From contig JBMFVY010000004.1 in assembly GCA_049965755.1 (NCBI GenBank), positions 1-63,751 of the forward strand: DNA of 63,751 nucleotides. Direction: 5' to 3'. Within the stretch, counting starts at the first letter, position 1, and every line of letters begins with the position of its first letter. The translations under genes were made by a program, and so were the position numbers. The stretch comes from Phycisphaerae bacterium. Its GTDB lineage: Bacteria > Planctomycetota > Phycisphaerae > WQYP01. The notes under the pieces are model-generated. The model was not told where the DNA came from. It worked only from the letters and a program-made list of their open reading frames with translations, and did no database searches. Below are positions 10,156 to 20,662 of this stretch, one piece after another.

Positions 10156-11700
10156 TCAGTTTTTCTGAACAAAGATGTAGCGTTCAGTCCCCGAGCGTCC
10201 TCTGACCGACATTCGAATCCCTTTAGCGAGATCCAGTTTCTTCAGAATACGATTGAATTGCGCGGGAGAATTCACCCGATGGCCTTGAACACTAACGATA
10301 ATATCCCCCGGCTCCACGCCGTCTCCAAGTAGGATGCTATCAGATTGCAGCCCCGTTACGAGAACACCATGCGGCGCGGATAATCCATACATCTTCGCCG
10401 TCTTGGGCGTGACCGGCGAAACCGTTACACCGAGCTTTTGAGATTCGGCCGGTACCGCAGGCGTCTGCGAAGGATAACCAGCAGCCATGGCAAGAGTAGC
10501 GGGCTGTTTACCGAGAGGGAAAGTGACGGACTTGATCTTGCCGTCGTCAAAGAGTTTCAAGGTTACTTTGGTACCGGGACGCATCATCGCAATTTCGTCG
10601 CGTAACGTATTCATACGCATGACGGGTTGACCATCGAGTCCGATGATGATTTCCCCACGTCGCAAGCCCCCTTTCGCGGCCGGTGAGCCGGGTTCAACCT
10701 GGTCGATTAAAACACCATGGAGAGGTTTATAGCCGAAGGTCAATGCGATCTTGTGAACATAGCTGTGTCGCACATCTGCAATACTTATACCAAGGTAGCC
10801 GCGGACCACTTTTCCATATTTGATCAGTTGATGCGTCACATACTTAACTTCATCGGACGGTATGGAAAATCCGATACCGTCAAAAGCACCAGAGGTACTG
10901 GCGATTGCACTGTTAATACCAATGACGTGGCCGTTCATGTTGACCAGAGGACCGCCGGAATTACCCGGATTGATGGGGGCGTCCGTCTGAATAAAATCCT
11001 CATAGGTCAAGCCGGCAAGTTGGGGATTATGCTCAGCAATGATATTCACGCTGGTACGGCCGACGGCTGATACAATTCCATGTGTAAGCGTCTGCCGGAA
11101 CCCGAACGGCGCGCCAATTGCCATGACCCAATCACCCGGATGCACGTTGGCGGAATCGCCCAGAGTTGCGGGTTGTAAACCCGTCGCGTTGATTTTAATC
11201 ACAGCCAGATCTGTTTTTGGATCTGTCCCAATAATTTTAGCGGTATACACGCGGCCGTCCTCGAGGTGAACTTTCACTGAGGTGGCATCGTGGACCACAT
11301 GATTGTTGGTAACGATGTATCCGTTGGACGTAAGGATCACACCACTTCCGGTACCGTAAATCTTCTCCACATTTGGGTGTGATGGAGGTGTGAGTGGAAA
11401 CGCACCCGGAGGAATGATCTGTTGAAATTGCTTGGGAAGTTGCATCGGCAGATTATCTGAACTCTGCGGCACCTCCTGAATGACGTTAATGCAGACGACA
11501 GAGTTTTTTATTGCACGATGTAAGGCTTCGAATTCACTCGAAAGGCGTTTGGCCAGCGACATCCGCGGCATGGGTGCGTTCGACATGGAGGCAGCCTGAA
11601 TAGGAGACGAACTCTCCCCGGCGATAAAACCGATTCCCGCAAGGGCAACAGCCGTAGCTCCCATAACCGCCGCAGTAAATTTGAGACGTTTGGACAACAT
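10156..11700 (-). CDS. htrA: periplasmic serine endoprotease DegP/HtrA family with two PDZ domains
   Basis: Trypsin-fold triad contexts NNHVVHDA, TDLAVIK and GNSGGPLVN. Two C-terminal PDZ-like segments and an N-terminal signal/anchor. Confidence 0.9.
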   Translation of the reverse strand: MLSKRLKFTAAVMGATAVALAGIGFIAGESSSPIQAASMSNAPMPRMSLAKRLSSEFEALHRAIKNSVVCINVIQEVPQSSDNLPMQLPKQFQQIIPPGAFPLTPPSHPNVEKIYGTGSGVILTSNGYIVTNNHVVHDATSVKVHLEDGRVYTAKIIGTDPKTDLAVIKINATGLQPATLGDSANVHPGDWVMAIGAPFGFRQTLTHGIVSAVGRTSVNIIAEHNPQLAGLTYEDFIQTDAPINPGNSGGPLVNMNGHVIGINSAIASTSGAFDGIGFSIPSDEVKYVTHQLIKYGKVVRGYLGISIADVRHSYVHKIALTFGYKPLHGVLIDQVEPGSPAAKGGLRRGEIIIGLDGQPVMRMNTLRDEIAMMRPGTKVTLKLFDDGKIKSVTFPLGKQPATLAMAAGYPSQTPAVPAESQKLGVTVSPVTPKTAKMYGLSAPHGVLVTGLQSDSILLGDGVEPGDIIVSVQGHRVNSPAQFNRILKKLDLAKGIRMSVRGRSGTERYIFVQKN

Positions 11701-11839
11701 AAATAATCTCCTGCTGTTTAACTACATACTTCCGGGTTGCTTTCCGGTCCTCCGGATAGCCAGCAACCCGCACCTCATCATTGTTGCCACGTGATGAATA
11801 ATCTTTCAATCGGGACGCTGAGCTTCTGTCCCGACGGCT

Positions 11840-13237
11840 TTACGCAAATTGCATCACTCGACTCACCAATTCTTTGAACACCGCCCCGCGGTGCTCATAA
11901 TTAGAGAACTGATCGTAGGAAGCGCACGCGGGAGAGAGTAAAACGCAGACCGGGGCAGGTTTATCATTTGGCGAGCATTTTTCTGTTGTCCATCGATGCG
12001 CCTGTTCAACTGCCTGCTCAAGAGTTCGCAATTCCATCAGCATCGGCTGAGCGCGATAACCTGAGCCCGATTCGCCCCCGTTATCCAGCTTCATTGCATT
12101 TCTGATGTTGCCCGCAATCTTTGGCCCCGTTGCCCCGATGGTGATAATTCCCCACGACCGACCAACCAAGTCACCTGCCAGCGGCCGCATGTCCGAGTTT
12201 TTATCCGCCCCGCCCACGATAACAATCGTCCGTCCTGCCGGAACGGCGCTAACCGCCGTCAAGGTGCTTTCGGGCGTGGTAGATTTGGAATCATTGAGCC
12301 AATCAACCGTCTCATTGAGATAATTGGTCGATTGTCCGACCAATTCCATTCGATGTGGCAGCGAACGAAATGCTTCGAGTGCCGCAATGGCGTCTGCGAT
12401 TCGCTTCTCACCATCAAAGGCTTTGATAACCGCCAGAGCGGCGGCGGCGTTCGCCTGGTTGTGCCGACCGGGTACCTGCAAGGCCAGGTCGGCGTAATCA
12501 AAGTAGATCACCTTTCCATGGGTATGCTGATTCCAGGTGCTCACCTGCGGATCGTTCCTATTGAGGATGGCAATGTCATCGGATTTTTGAAATCGAAGGA
12601 TATTGAGTTTCGCGGCGGCATATGCCTCCATCGTGCCGTGACGATCCAGATGATTATTGACCAGATTGGTAACGACCGCGATATGGGGAGAGAAGCCAAT
12701 CATCGGAGTGTCTTCGAGCATGAAACTTGATAGTTCAAGTACAACGACATGGTCAGACCGAATTTCAGGTATTTGGCCCAGAAGTGACCGACCGATATTT
12801 CCACCCAGATGGCAACGACCTTCGCCCCGGACGGCCTTAAGGGCGGCGAAGATCATTGATGCTGTGGTGGACTTTCCTACACTGCCGGTAATGCCGACCA
12901 CCAGAGCCGGACATCGCCTACAAAATTCATTAATTTCCGTGGTCCAAGGAACCCCGCGGGCCCGGGCAGATTGAAAAAACGCCGATCGCCGTTTGTCAAC
13001 AGCCGGGCTTACGACGAGAAGATCACAATCGTTTAATAAGTTCTCCGGATGTCCACCGAGTTTGAATTCCACGGGAAGGTCTGCCAATGCGGTGATGGAT
13101 TCCGTAAGTTTTTCGGGGGGTAACTGGTCAGTTACCGTCACCCTTTCTCCCTGCAGAGCGTACCACCGCGCAACCCCGATTCCCCCGCCGAATCGTCCCA
13201 ATCCCATGATTACGATGTGACGTTTTTTCACATGCAT
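11840..13237 (-). CDS. murD: UDP-N-acetylmuramoyl-L-alanine--D-glutamate ligase
   Basis: N-terminal Rossmann motif GLGRFGGG, P-loop GITGSVGKSTT, and Mur-ligase central and C-terminal regions (HRMELV, NDSKSTTP). Confidence 0.9.
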   Translation of the reverse strand: MHVKKRHIVIMGLGRFGGGIGVARWYALQGERVTVTDQLPPEKLTESITALADLPVEFKLGGHPENLLNDCDLLVVSPAVDKRRSAFFQSARARGVPWTTEINEFCRRCPALVVGITGSVGKSTTASMIFAALKAVRGEGRCHLGGNIGRSLLGQIPEIRSDHVVVLELSSFMLEDTPMIGFSPHIAVVTNLVNNHLDRHGTMEAYAAAKLNILRFQKSDDIAILNRNDPQVSTWNQHTHGKVIYFDYADLALQVPGRHNQANAAAALAVIKAFDGEKRIADAIAALEAFRSLPHRMELVGQSTNYLNETVDWLNDSKSTTPESTLTAVSAVPAGRTIVIVGGADKNSDMRPLAGDLVGRSWGIITIGATGPKIAGNIRNAMKLDNGGESGSGYRAQPMLMELRTLEQAVEQAHRWTTEKCSPNDKPAPVCVLLSPACASYDQFSNYEHRGAVFKELVSRVMQFA

Positions 13238-13309
13238 CCTTTCAACCTCTCATCGCGCAACCGCCATGACACACCGTGGTAGATCCCCGCATCTCGCACG
13301 AAAATAGTT

Positions 13310-14239
13310 TTACGCGTACTTCACCAGCGCTGAGATCTGTGTTTTGTGGTCGATAAGTGCCTGCTCAACGGCCCGGCGCCAATCCACCTCGGCAGGCTCA
13401 ACATATTTTGCATCCCGGTACGCATAGATAATTGACCTGCTGGCGGCAATCATTGCGCCAAGCCCGCGGGCATCCAATGCGGGTAGACAGTCAGTGAGTG
13501 ATCCTCCCTGGGCACCAAAACCGGGTATTAAAAATACGGCTCGGCCGGCAGCGGCGCGAATGGCTGCGAGGGATTGACCGGTGGTTGCGCCGACTACCGC
13601 GCCCAGAGAACTCCAGCCATACTCCCCTACCGTGGTATCCCACCGATTCACCAACTCCGCCATGTGCACATAGAGGGGGCGCCCGTCTGCCATCGGAAGT
13701 TCCTGTATCTCAGCGCTGCCGGGATTGCTCGTACGAACCAGTACAAAAACCCCTTTTCCCGAGGCGGATGCCACATCGAGAAACGGTTTAACACTGTCAG
13801 ATCCGAGATAAGCGTTCACTGTAATCGCGTCGGGACCTGCGTTTTCAATCAGATCGGTGTAATCTGTATCTGCCAGTTGCGCGACCGCGTACTGGGAGGC
13901 GGTGTGGCCGATATCAGACCGCTTCACATCTCCGATCACCAACAGCCCGGCCTGACGCGCCGCCTTGACCAACTGCCTGTACACGGACACACCGGGCGCG
14001 TGGTAGCGCTCAAAGTAGGCACTGTTGATTTTGACTGCCGGTACAAGAGGCGCGGCAATTTCGATGATCGCGAGGCCGAATTCAAGAAAGAGCCCGGCGG
14101 CTGCGACTGAACTCCGACTGACATTTTTCTTTTCCAGTAATGTCGGCGGCATCTGCTCCAGAACCGGATCAATACCCACAATCAGCGGAGTCTTCTTATC
14201 GAGTACCGCCCGGCAAAGACGATCAGAAAAACATTGCAT
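13310..14239 (-). CDS. pyrF: orotidine 5'-phosphate decarboxylase (long, type-2 form)
   Basis: PLIVGIDP and GDVKRSDIGHT motifs; length (~309 aa) fits the type-2 enzyme. Confidence 0.85.
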   Translation of the reverse strand: MQCFSDRLCRAVLDKKTPLIVGIDPVLEQMPPTLLEKKNVSRSSVAAAGLFLEFGLAIIEIAAPLVPAVKINSAYFERYHAPGVSVYRQLVKAARQAGLLVIGDVKRSDIGHTASQYAVAQLADTDYTDLIENAGPDAITVNAYLGSDSVKPFLDVASASGKGVFVLVRTSNPGSAEIQELPMADGRPLYVHMAELVNRWDTTVGEYGWSSLGAVVGATTGQSLAAIRAAAGRAVFLIPGFGAQGGSLTDCLPALDARGLGAMIAASRSIIYAYRDAKYVEPAEVDWRRAVEQALIDHKTQISALVKYA

Positions 14240-14575
14240 ATTGAATCGACACTCCTAATCGCACCATCATGACATTTTTTCTCCGCACTAAGCGCCCGAT
14301 CGCCTGACTTCGATCGCCGTGCACGGACACCCATCGAAACAACTCCCTGCGTTGCAGGCTGTCGAGCAAAACGCACTCTTCCGTAGCTTAAGGGAAAAAT
14401 TGCTCATCGAAAATTGAAGTTTGCATAAGCAAGTCAGGGTATCGCTTGAAGTTCGGGCGCAGATTCCATCGTCGGCAGAAACTTACACGGGTACTTCAGC
14501 AAAAGTGTGCCACCAATGAAAATAGCCACCGCGATGACTTTCATATTTACGAATATGTAAATTGAACAAAAACGA

Positions 14576-14604
14576 TTGACTGCGCTGAAGATTAGTGTCA
14601 TATT
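14576..14604 (+). promoter_or_regulatory. candidate sigma-70-type promoter for cspA
   Basis: TTGACT (14576-14581), 17-nt spacer, CATATT (14599-14604). This would give a ~100-nt leader before ATG 14710. Confidence 0.35.
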
Positions 14605-14709
14605 GTTAATTGTCCGAGAACATATCCCCGGACCCGTACGCAGAAGCATTCACATCGGTCTCAGCGGCGCGCATGGGAAGCAACTTAGTCTCGGATGGAG
14701 GTCAACGCC

Positions 14710-14952
14710 ATGGCTCGTCTGATCGGTCGCGTCAAGTGGTTTAATGATCGCAAGGGATTCGGCTTCGTTACCGCCATGAATAATCAGGATGTCTTTGTTC
14801 ATCACACAACCATTCGGTGCGATGGTTTTCGTACCTTGAAGGAGGGCGAAATGGTGGAATATGAGGTTGAAGCCGGACCCAAGGGACTAAAAGCAACGGT
14901 CGTGCAGAGATTACAAATTACTGCGCGTAAAGAAAAGGACGCTCAGGTATAA
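14710..14952 (+). CDS. cspA: cold-shock protein (CspA family)
   Basis: GRVKWFNDRKGFGFV (RNP-1) and DVFVHH (RNP-2). GGAGG lies 7 nt upstream of ATG 14710; the track ORF begins at 14695. Confidence 0.9.
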   Translation: MARLIGRVKWFNDRKGFGFVTAMNNQDVFVHHTTIRCDGFRTLKEGEMVEYEVEAGPKGLKATVVQRLQITARKEKDAQV

Positions 14953-15096
14953 GCTTTATTGCAATCATGACCATGAACCGAAACAGCCGGAATTTCACTC
15001 CCCGCCATCAGAATCCATTGTAACTCCGCTGAAAACGGAGAAGACCTATTTCGACACTACAGCAACACAAATGTATCTATCCCGCAATTGCCGCTT

Positions 15097-17970
15097 TTAA
15101 TCCGCTGACGAATTCGCCGCATGAGTGCGAATGATGATTCGCGATCGGGGTAAGCCGGGGCTGCGTGCGGTGACTGTAATCGTTCCGGATGTTGTGCCGG
15201 AACGAACCAGAACCATGCAACGACCATAAAAAGCCCGACTATATGACGCGTCATTCGGAATGTGGCTCGCAGGATCACCGTTGGCGGTTCCAGCTATCGA
15301 TCCCGGCCCGGTAACGGTAAATGTGACTTTACGCATACAATCGGATGCAATGCGACCGTGTTTATCGTAAAAACGGACAGCAATCGGTGCGACACTCAGG
15401 CCGTCAGCCTTAATATGGTGCCATTCATCTGATAGAACCATCTTTGCCGCCGGTCCCGGCGTAGCGTCCACATAACGGGTGACCATACGCCCGTCATTGA
15501 TTCCCACCACCTTGAGCACACCCGGATGCCAGGGAATGTGCCAGTCCACGTAACCGAAACGTGGCATGCGCCGGATTTTACCAACCAGTCGGCCGTCCAT
15601 AAAAAGCTCCACTCGCTGACAGTTGGAAAAGCATCGAACCAGAACGGTCGTACCGGGCCTCCTGCCCGGCTGATTCCATTGCGGCTGGATATAAACCATC
15701 GGCTTTTTGGTCCAGACGGACTGATAGTAGTAGGCATCGGGTTTGCGGAATCCGCAGATGTCAAGGAGGCCAAAATGAGAGTTAATATCTGGCCATTGAT
15801 ACGGCGTCGGTTCCCCGCGGTAATCAAAGCCGGTCCATACAAACCCCCCCGCCACGTAAGGCCGCTTACCAATCGGGCGCCATGAATCCCAGGGCAATTG
15901 TGACCAGGAACTGTGCATGGTGTACTGCCCAACGAGTCCGGCTTTTTCGTTGTTGGCCATCACGCCACGGTCACTTTCAGACGAACCGATCTCGCTGCCG
16001 AAGATCGGCATTCGCGGAAAGAATTTGTGCATGGCTGAATATGCGGGCGGATTGTAGTTGATTCCCAGAAGGTCCTCCACCCGCGCAAATCCGTTGGGAT
16101 AGCCCCCGTTCATGGCGCAGGTGATCGGCCGCGTGGGATCCAATTTGCGGACGATCTTCATCATGTGACGAAAGAGTTTTGCACCGAAAGGAGTTCCTTC
16201 AATATAAATTTCTTCGTTGCACAGCGACCACATGATCACGCACGGATCGTTGCGGTCGCGAAGAATCTCCGCTATCAGATTCTGGGCATGACCGTACGGC
16301 ACACCGACATACGATTTCGACGCACCATACTGTCCTCCCTCCCGGGTGTCGCCAATCTGCCGATTTTCATCCATGACCAGCATCCCGAGCCGATCGCAAG
16401 CCCTATACATGGCCCGCCCCATGGCATTGTGCGAACACCGATACGCATTGCAACCGATCATTTTCAACCGGGCGATGCGCCACCACCACAAATCGTTGGG
16501 CGCGCCCACTCCGACTGCCGGAAAATCCTGATGATTGCATGTGCCGTCCAATTCCACATGACGGCCGTCAAGGTAAAATCCGGTATCAGGATTGTATGCG
16601 ATGGTGCGAATGCCGAAGTGAATGGTTTTTGCATCTACCAGAGCCGGATGGCGCAAAATCGCCGTCTGCAATTGATACATGTTTGTATGGTGGAGGGACC
16701 AGAGCGCCGCGTCGAGGACAGGAAGGGTCTGCGTGTACGTTGTGCGGTTGTGAGGAGCCTGAACTTCCAACGAGAGACGACCGCCGATGGTCGCACCATG
16801 GGGGCCGTAAACCGTTGAACTTAGAATAAACGTCCTGGCGTGGCCAGACTGATTGGTCACCGTTGTCTGAATGATCAGATTGGCATCCGCACGCAGATTT
16901 CCATGCGCTCCGCGGCGGATATAGCCCGGCACCTGAGACATGACAAATGTACCCCAGCGGGATACATGCAGGCGATGCAGCGCAACGAAGGATACGTGGC
17001 GATAGATACCACCGCCTTCATACCACCACCCTTCCCGCAAACGGGGATCGACATATGCCACAAGCGTGTTACTGCCGCCGAAATGCACATATCGGGATAC
17101 ATCAAAGCGATAGGGAGAATAACCATCCGCGTGTTCACCGATGTAATGCCCGTTAAGGTAGATCACCGCATCGCTTAAAACGCCACCAAATCGCAATTGG
17201 CAGATTCGCCCTTTGGCGGCAGAAGGTACGGCAAACGTACGCCGATACCAAACGGGATAAACGTGCAGATAACCGTGGGGCCCATTGGCAGCGCTATTAA
17301 ATCTGCCATCGACAATATAGTCATTGGGAACCACCACCGAGTGCGCATCAGCAAGCGAACTCGGATTGGCCGGTGGAAACAAACTCGGATTGTATTGGCC
17401 GTACATCACCGTGGACATCGTCGGTTTACCGAAATCACCGATCTGTTTCAGGATGGCATTGGGCGGGCTGTGCACCAGGACTGTGAGGATATTTCTACCC
17501 GATTTCAAATCTCCCATCGGCACAGGCACCTGAAACCAGAAATCGCCGCCTCGATGATCGGTCACCAGTTTGCCGTTGAGATAAATAACGGCGCGGGTAA
17601 CAATGCCGTGAAACTCGAGCATGACAGGACCCAAATGCGCAACTTGCAGACCGGGAAGATCAGTTTGAAACCATGCGTATCCGGGTTTGCCGTGGAAAAG
17701 AACCTGACCCTTGTGGTATCGATGCCAACCTCGGAGAGCCGTTAATATTGCGAGCGGAACTGCGTTCGGCGGCGAGTTAATACCCAGACCGGCCCTTTTC
17801 CATCGCCATCCACGGAGCGCAATCGCATTACTTCCCAGCGGAACTAGATGTGCCCGGGCAATTTGCCAGGGACCGTCGAGATTGATGCGAATACGCGGAG
17901 CCGCTTCGAGGGGATTGAGTCCTGCGCAGGCGATCAAGAGGCTTGCTACCCATATGATACATTTACGCAC
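15097..17970 (-). CDS. secreted glycoside hydrolase family 2 protein (beta-galactosidase/glucuronidase-like)
   Basis: Signal peptide MRKCIIWVASLLIACAG. GH2 TIM-barrel motifs NAYRCSHN and WSLCNEE (acid/base Glu context). Multi-domain length of 957 aa. Confidence 0.8.
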   Translation of the reverse strand: MRKCIIWVASLLIACAGLNPLEAAPRIRINLDGPWQIARAHLVPLGSNAIALRGWRWKRAGLGINSPPNAVPLAILTALRGWHRYHKGQVLFHGKPGYAWFQTDLPGLQVAHLGPVMLEFHGIVTRAVIYLNGKLVTDHRGGDFWFQVPVPMGDLKSGRNILTVLVHSPPNAILKQIGDFGKPTMSTVMYGQYNPSLFPPANPSSLADAHSVVVPNDYIVDGRFNSAANGPHGYLHVYPVWYRRTFAVPSAAKGRICQLRFGGVLSDAVIYLNGHYIGEHADGYSPYRFDVSRYVHFGGSNTLVAYVDPRLREGWWYEGGGIYRHVSFVALHRLHVSRWGTFVMSQVPGYIRRGAHGNLRADANLIIQTTVTNQSGHARTFILSSTVYGPHGATIGGRLSLEVQAPHNRTTYTQTLPVLDAALWSLHHTNMYQLQTAILRHPALVDAKTIHFGIRTIAYNPDTGFYLDGRHVELDGTCNHQDFPAVGVGAPNDLWWWRIARLKMIGCNAYRCSHNAMGRAMYRACDRLGMLVMDENRQIGDTREGGQYGASKSYVGVPYGHAQNLIAEILRDRNDPCVIMWSLCNEEIYIEGTPFGAKLFRHMMKIVRKLDPTRPITCAMNGGYPNGFARVEDLLGINYNPPAYSAMHKFFPRMPIFGSEIGSSESDRGVMANNEKAGLVGQYTMHSSWSQLPWDSWRPIGKRPYVAGGFVWTGFDYRGEPTPYQWPDINSHFGLLDICGFRKPDAYYYQSVWTKKPMVYIQPQWNQPGRRPGTTVLVRCFSNCQRVELFMDGRLVGKIRRMPRFGYVDWHIPWHPGVLKVVGINDGRMVTRYVDATPGPAAKMVLSDEWHHIKADGLSVAPIAVRFYDKHGRIASDCMRKVTFTVTGPGSIAGTANGDPASHIPNDASYSRAFYGRCMVLVRSGTTSGTITVTARSPGLPRSRIIIRTHAANSSAD

Positions 17971-18170
17971 CCATTACTCCTTGAACTAAGCGACCTTCGC
18001 TACACGTCCTGTTGTGGCGCCTGCAACCATGGCGTGACCGTCTTTATATTAAAGGCTGGTGGCGGAACGTCAAAGGTGACAATTTTAATCAATTGAAAGT
18101 ATTTGTTTTATTACTCTGTCCACCTCAATCATTTCCATCTTAAGTCACTGTACGAAGCTTTCGCCGGCCA

Positions 18171-19547
18171 ATGGCGGCGAAAGGATGCGCATCATCAACA
18201 AAGCGTATATACTTCCCCGCCATGTTGATCGCCATGACCAACTGGATACTTTTCATTGGGCGTTTCCATCCCGTACTGGTGCATCTACCAATCGGGATGC
18301 TGGTGCTGCTGGCCATTCTGGAAATCGCCGGGATCAGACGAACATACCGGGAGAGCATCGCGAAGGTCAGAATGCTGATCGTTCCCATCCTCGCCGTTTG
18401 CGCTGTGATCACTGCAACATGCGGGTGGTTACTGGCGACCGGCGGAGACTATAACCCGCAACTCCTATTCTGGCACCGATGGCTTGGCGTGAGCGTAGCC
18501 GGGCTCTGCGTCATCATGCTCGTGGAAACAAGATTGAAATGGTTAAAGAGCTATTTTCTGACTCTGGCCGTCACGCTGGCAGTCGTGGCGGTTACAGGTC
18601 ACCTTGGCGGATCGATGACGTATGGAAGTGATTACCTGACACAGTATGCCCCAGGCCCCATCAAGCAGTTGTTGGGAGTTTCAACCCAAGCTGTGCCTGT
18701 AGCTTTGCCGAAAATTTCGCACATTTCCAATGCATTGGTATATCCACAAATTGTTCAGGCGATCTTGACGCAAAATTGTGTAACCTGTCACGGACCGCAC
18801 CGGCAAAAAGGCGGGCTGCGTCTTGATTCCTATCAACGGCTCATGCATGGAAGACATGGAAAGCCTGTAGTTCTGCTGGACCATCCCGCCCGAAGCATTC
18901 TGATAAAGCGTATTGAATTACCGGTCGGCAAGAGCCATCGAATGCCGCCGAGCGGGCATAGGCCGCTGACCGCCGGCGAGATTGCGATATTGCGTTGGTG
19001 GGTTCAGGCCGGCGTGCCGAATCGGGTCAGTCTTTTGAAAGCCGCCCCACCCGCGTCCATCATGGCTGACATTCGGAAACTCTTCTCACATGCGCAATCC
19101 CAAAAACCAATCCCGCGTAAAGAAGTGGAGGCGATGGTTCCACTTCTCACGCAGCGTAGTGGCATGCGGATTAGATTTTTAGGCCCAAAATCAAATATGC
19201 TCAGTTGCTCAGCCAGGAAAAACCCCGTTTTATCTGATCAGGAGCTCAGCGTGCTGAATCCGGTAATTCTGAATATTGCCAATTTGAATCTGGATTCTAC
19301 GTCGATTACTGACGGCGCAATGAGGGTCATCAATGAAATGGTCAATTTGAAATCACTGCACCTGCGACATACGCGCGTGGATGGAAAAGGGTTATTTATG
19401 TTGAATCGTCTTTCGTCCCTGCGATATCTGAGTGTCCCCAGCAACAAGATAACCGCCGCAGATATCGCCATGTTTAAGAAACGGAATTTCATCCCAAATT
19501 TGGTTGTGGCGGGTGATGGCGGGATCAGCGCTTTGCCAGATTTTTAA
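18171..19547 (+). CDS. membrane DUF2231-like / PSCyt1 c-type heme domain / leucine-rich-repeat protein
   Basis: N-terminal multi-TM region with HPVLVHLPIG. Heme motif CVTCHG followed by KGGLRLDSY and HRMPP...LRWWVQAG (planctomycete cytochrome c module). C-terminal LRR-like repeats (LNLDSTSITDGAM..LKSLHLRHTRV..LRYLSVPSNKI). The start could also be ATG 18222. Confidence 0.7.
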   Translation: MAAKGCASSTKRIYFPAMLIAMTNWILFIGRFHPVLVHLPIGMLVLLAILEIAGIRRTYRESIAKVRMLIVPILAVCAVITATCGWLLATGGDYNPQLLFWHRWLGVSVAGLCVIMLVETRLKWLKSYFLTLAVTLAVVAVTGHLGGSMTYGSDYLTQYAPGPIKQLLGVSTQAVPVALPKISHISNALVYPQIVQAILTQNCVTCHGPHRQKGGLRLDSYQRLMHGRHGKPVVLLDHPARSILIKRIELPVGKSHRMPPSGHRPLTAGEIAILRWWVQAGVPNRVSLLKAAPPASIMADIRKLFSHAQSQKPIPRKEVEAMVPLLTQRSGMRIRFLGPKSNMLSCSARKNPVLSDQELSVLNPVILNIANLNLDSTSITDGAMRVINEMVNLKSLHLRHTRVDGKGLFMLNRLSSLRYLSVPSNKITAADIAMFKKRNFIPNLVVAGDGGISALPDF

Positions 19548-19645
19548 CCAACTGCAACATTACGGGCGAACTATCGTTTACCATTTGCCGCGACGAAAAA
19601 CTCGCTGCGGGTATCAGGGCGGAACATACTGAAGGGTAATCCATA

Positions 19646-20626
19646 ATGTCAAAAAAGCGATGTCAGAATACTCTGTGGTGGAGTGCGGCAGCCTTAATAT
19701 CGGGATCTATACTTGCCGGTACAGGGCTTGCCGGTGCCATTAGCGGCAGATATGTCTTATCCACCTTTACAGGCCCGGTCTCTACACTCTATTCGGCGGC
19801 GACCGATGCCCATCACATTCATCTCGATGGCTCGATCAACGTGTACCGCCGACTGATCCAGCCAATATTCATTCAGAACTGCATCATGTGCCATGGTGTT
19901 AATCGGCAGAAGGGGCACCTTCGGCTTGACACCTATCAGTATGTCATGTACGGCAAATTCGGTCATAAAGTGGTTCTGCCCGGTAATCCGAATGGCAGCA
20001 TTCTCATGCGTCGCGTCACACTGCCGACGTGGAATCATCATCGTATGCCACCCCGCGGCCATGCCGGACTGAGCTCATCTCAAATATTACTGCTGAGATG
20101 GTGGATACAAACCGGGGCCGACGATACCGGCACGCTGAGGTCTCTGCATGCCAACCGAACGGTTGATGAGGCGGCACAGAGTGAATTACGGATCGTCAAG
20201 CGATTTATGCCCCGACCGATTACGCGTATTAAAAACACCATTCGAAGGATCGAAGCGAAAACGGGAGTGAGCATTCACGTTATTCGCGCCGGTCTGCCGT
20301 GGTTATCCTGCGATGCATCCGGCAAATCAGATTTCAACAACCATGACCTGTATATGCTTTCACCGATTGCCAGTAACGTTGTTGTATTGAAAATCGGCGG
20401 CACTGCGGTCACCGATCGCGGACTTACGCCGGTAAATCGAATGGTAAACCTGATTTATCTGCATCTAGATCACACCACCATTACCAATTCAGGACTGGAG
20501 CGCCTCAACGATCTGAGTCATCTCCGTTATCTGAAATTAACAGGAACGCGAATCAGCAATGCCGGGGTCGATATTTTCAAGCGGAATAACCACCTCCGCC
20601 GACTCTGGGTTGCGGGTCTGCGATAA
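19646..20626 (+). CDS. PSCyt1 c-type heme domain / leucine-rich-repeat protein (paralogue of the upstream gene)
   Basis: Signal/anchor, then CIMCHG, KGHLRLDTY and HRMPP...LRWWIQTG. LRR-like C-terminus (LKIGGTAVTDRGL..LIYLHLDHTTI..LRYLKLTGTRI). Colinear with the 18171 gene except that it lacks the multi-TM N-terminus. Confidence 0.7.
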   Translation: MSKKRCQNTLWWSAAALISGSILAGTGLAGAISGRYVLSTFTGPVSTLYSAATDAHHIHLDGSINVYRRLIQPIFIQNCIMCHGVNRQKGHLRLDTYQYVMYGKFGHKVVLPGNPNGSILMRRVTLPTWNHHRMPPRGHAGLSSSQILLLRWWIQTGADDTGTLRSLHANRTVDEAAQSELRIVKRFMPRPITRIKNTIRRIEAKTGVSIHVIRAGLPWLSCDASGKSDFNNHDLYMLSPIASNVVVLKIGGTAVTDRGLTPVNRMVNLIYLHLDHTTITNSGLERLNDLSHLRYLKLTGTRISNAGVDIFKRNNHLRRLWVAGLR

Positions 20627-20662
20627 AAAGGCGGACGATTGCGGATCGCCAATTTCCCGAAT

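Noticed and set aside
9960-10172. 70-aa minus-strand ORF overlapping the htrA stop
   Set aside because: It spans the htrA terminator hairpin and has no SD or motif.
13574-14110. 178-aa plus-strand ORF
   Set aside because: Antisense to pyrF, with no motifs.
14434-14649. 71-aa hydrophobic minus-strand ORF in the pyrF-cspA intergenic region
   Set aside because: It lies in an AT-rich promoter region, overlaps the candidate cspA promoter, and has no SD. It is most likely non-coding.
15024-15040. 5-bp hairpin CTCCG-ctgaaaa-CGGAG between the convergent cspA and GH2 genes
   Set aside because: The stem is too short and has no flanking U tract on either strand.
16165-16818. 217-aa plus-strand ORF
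   Set aside because: Antisense to the GH2 gene.
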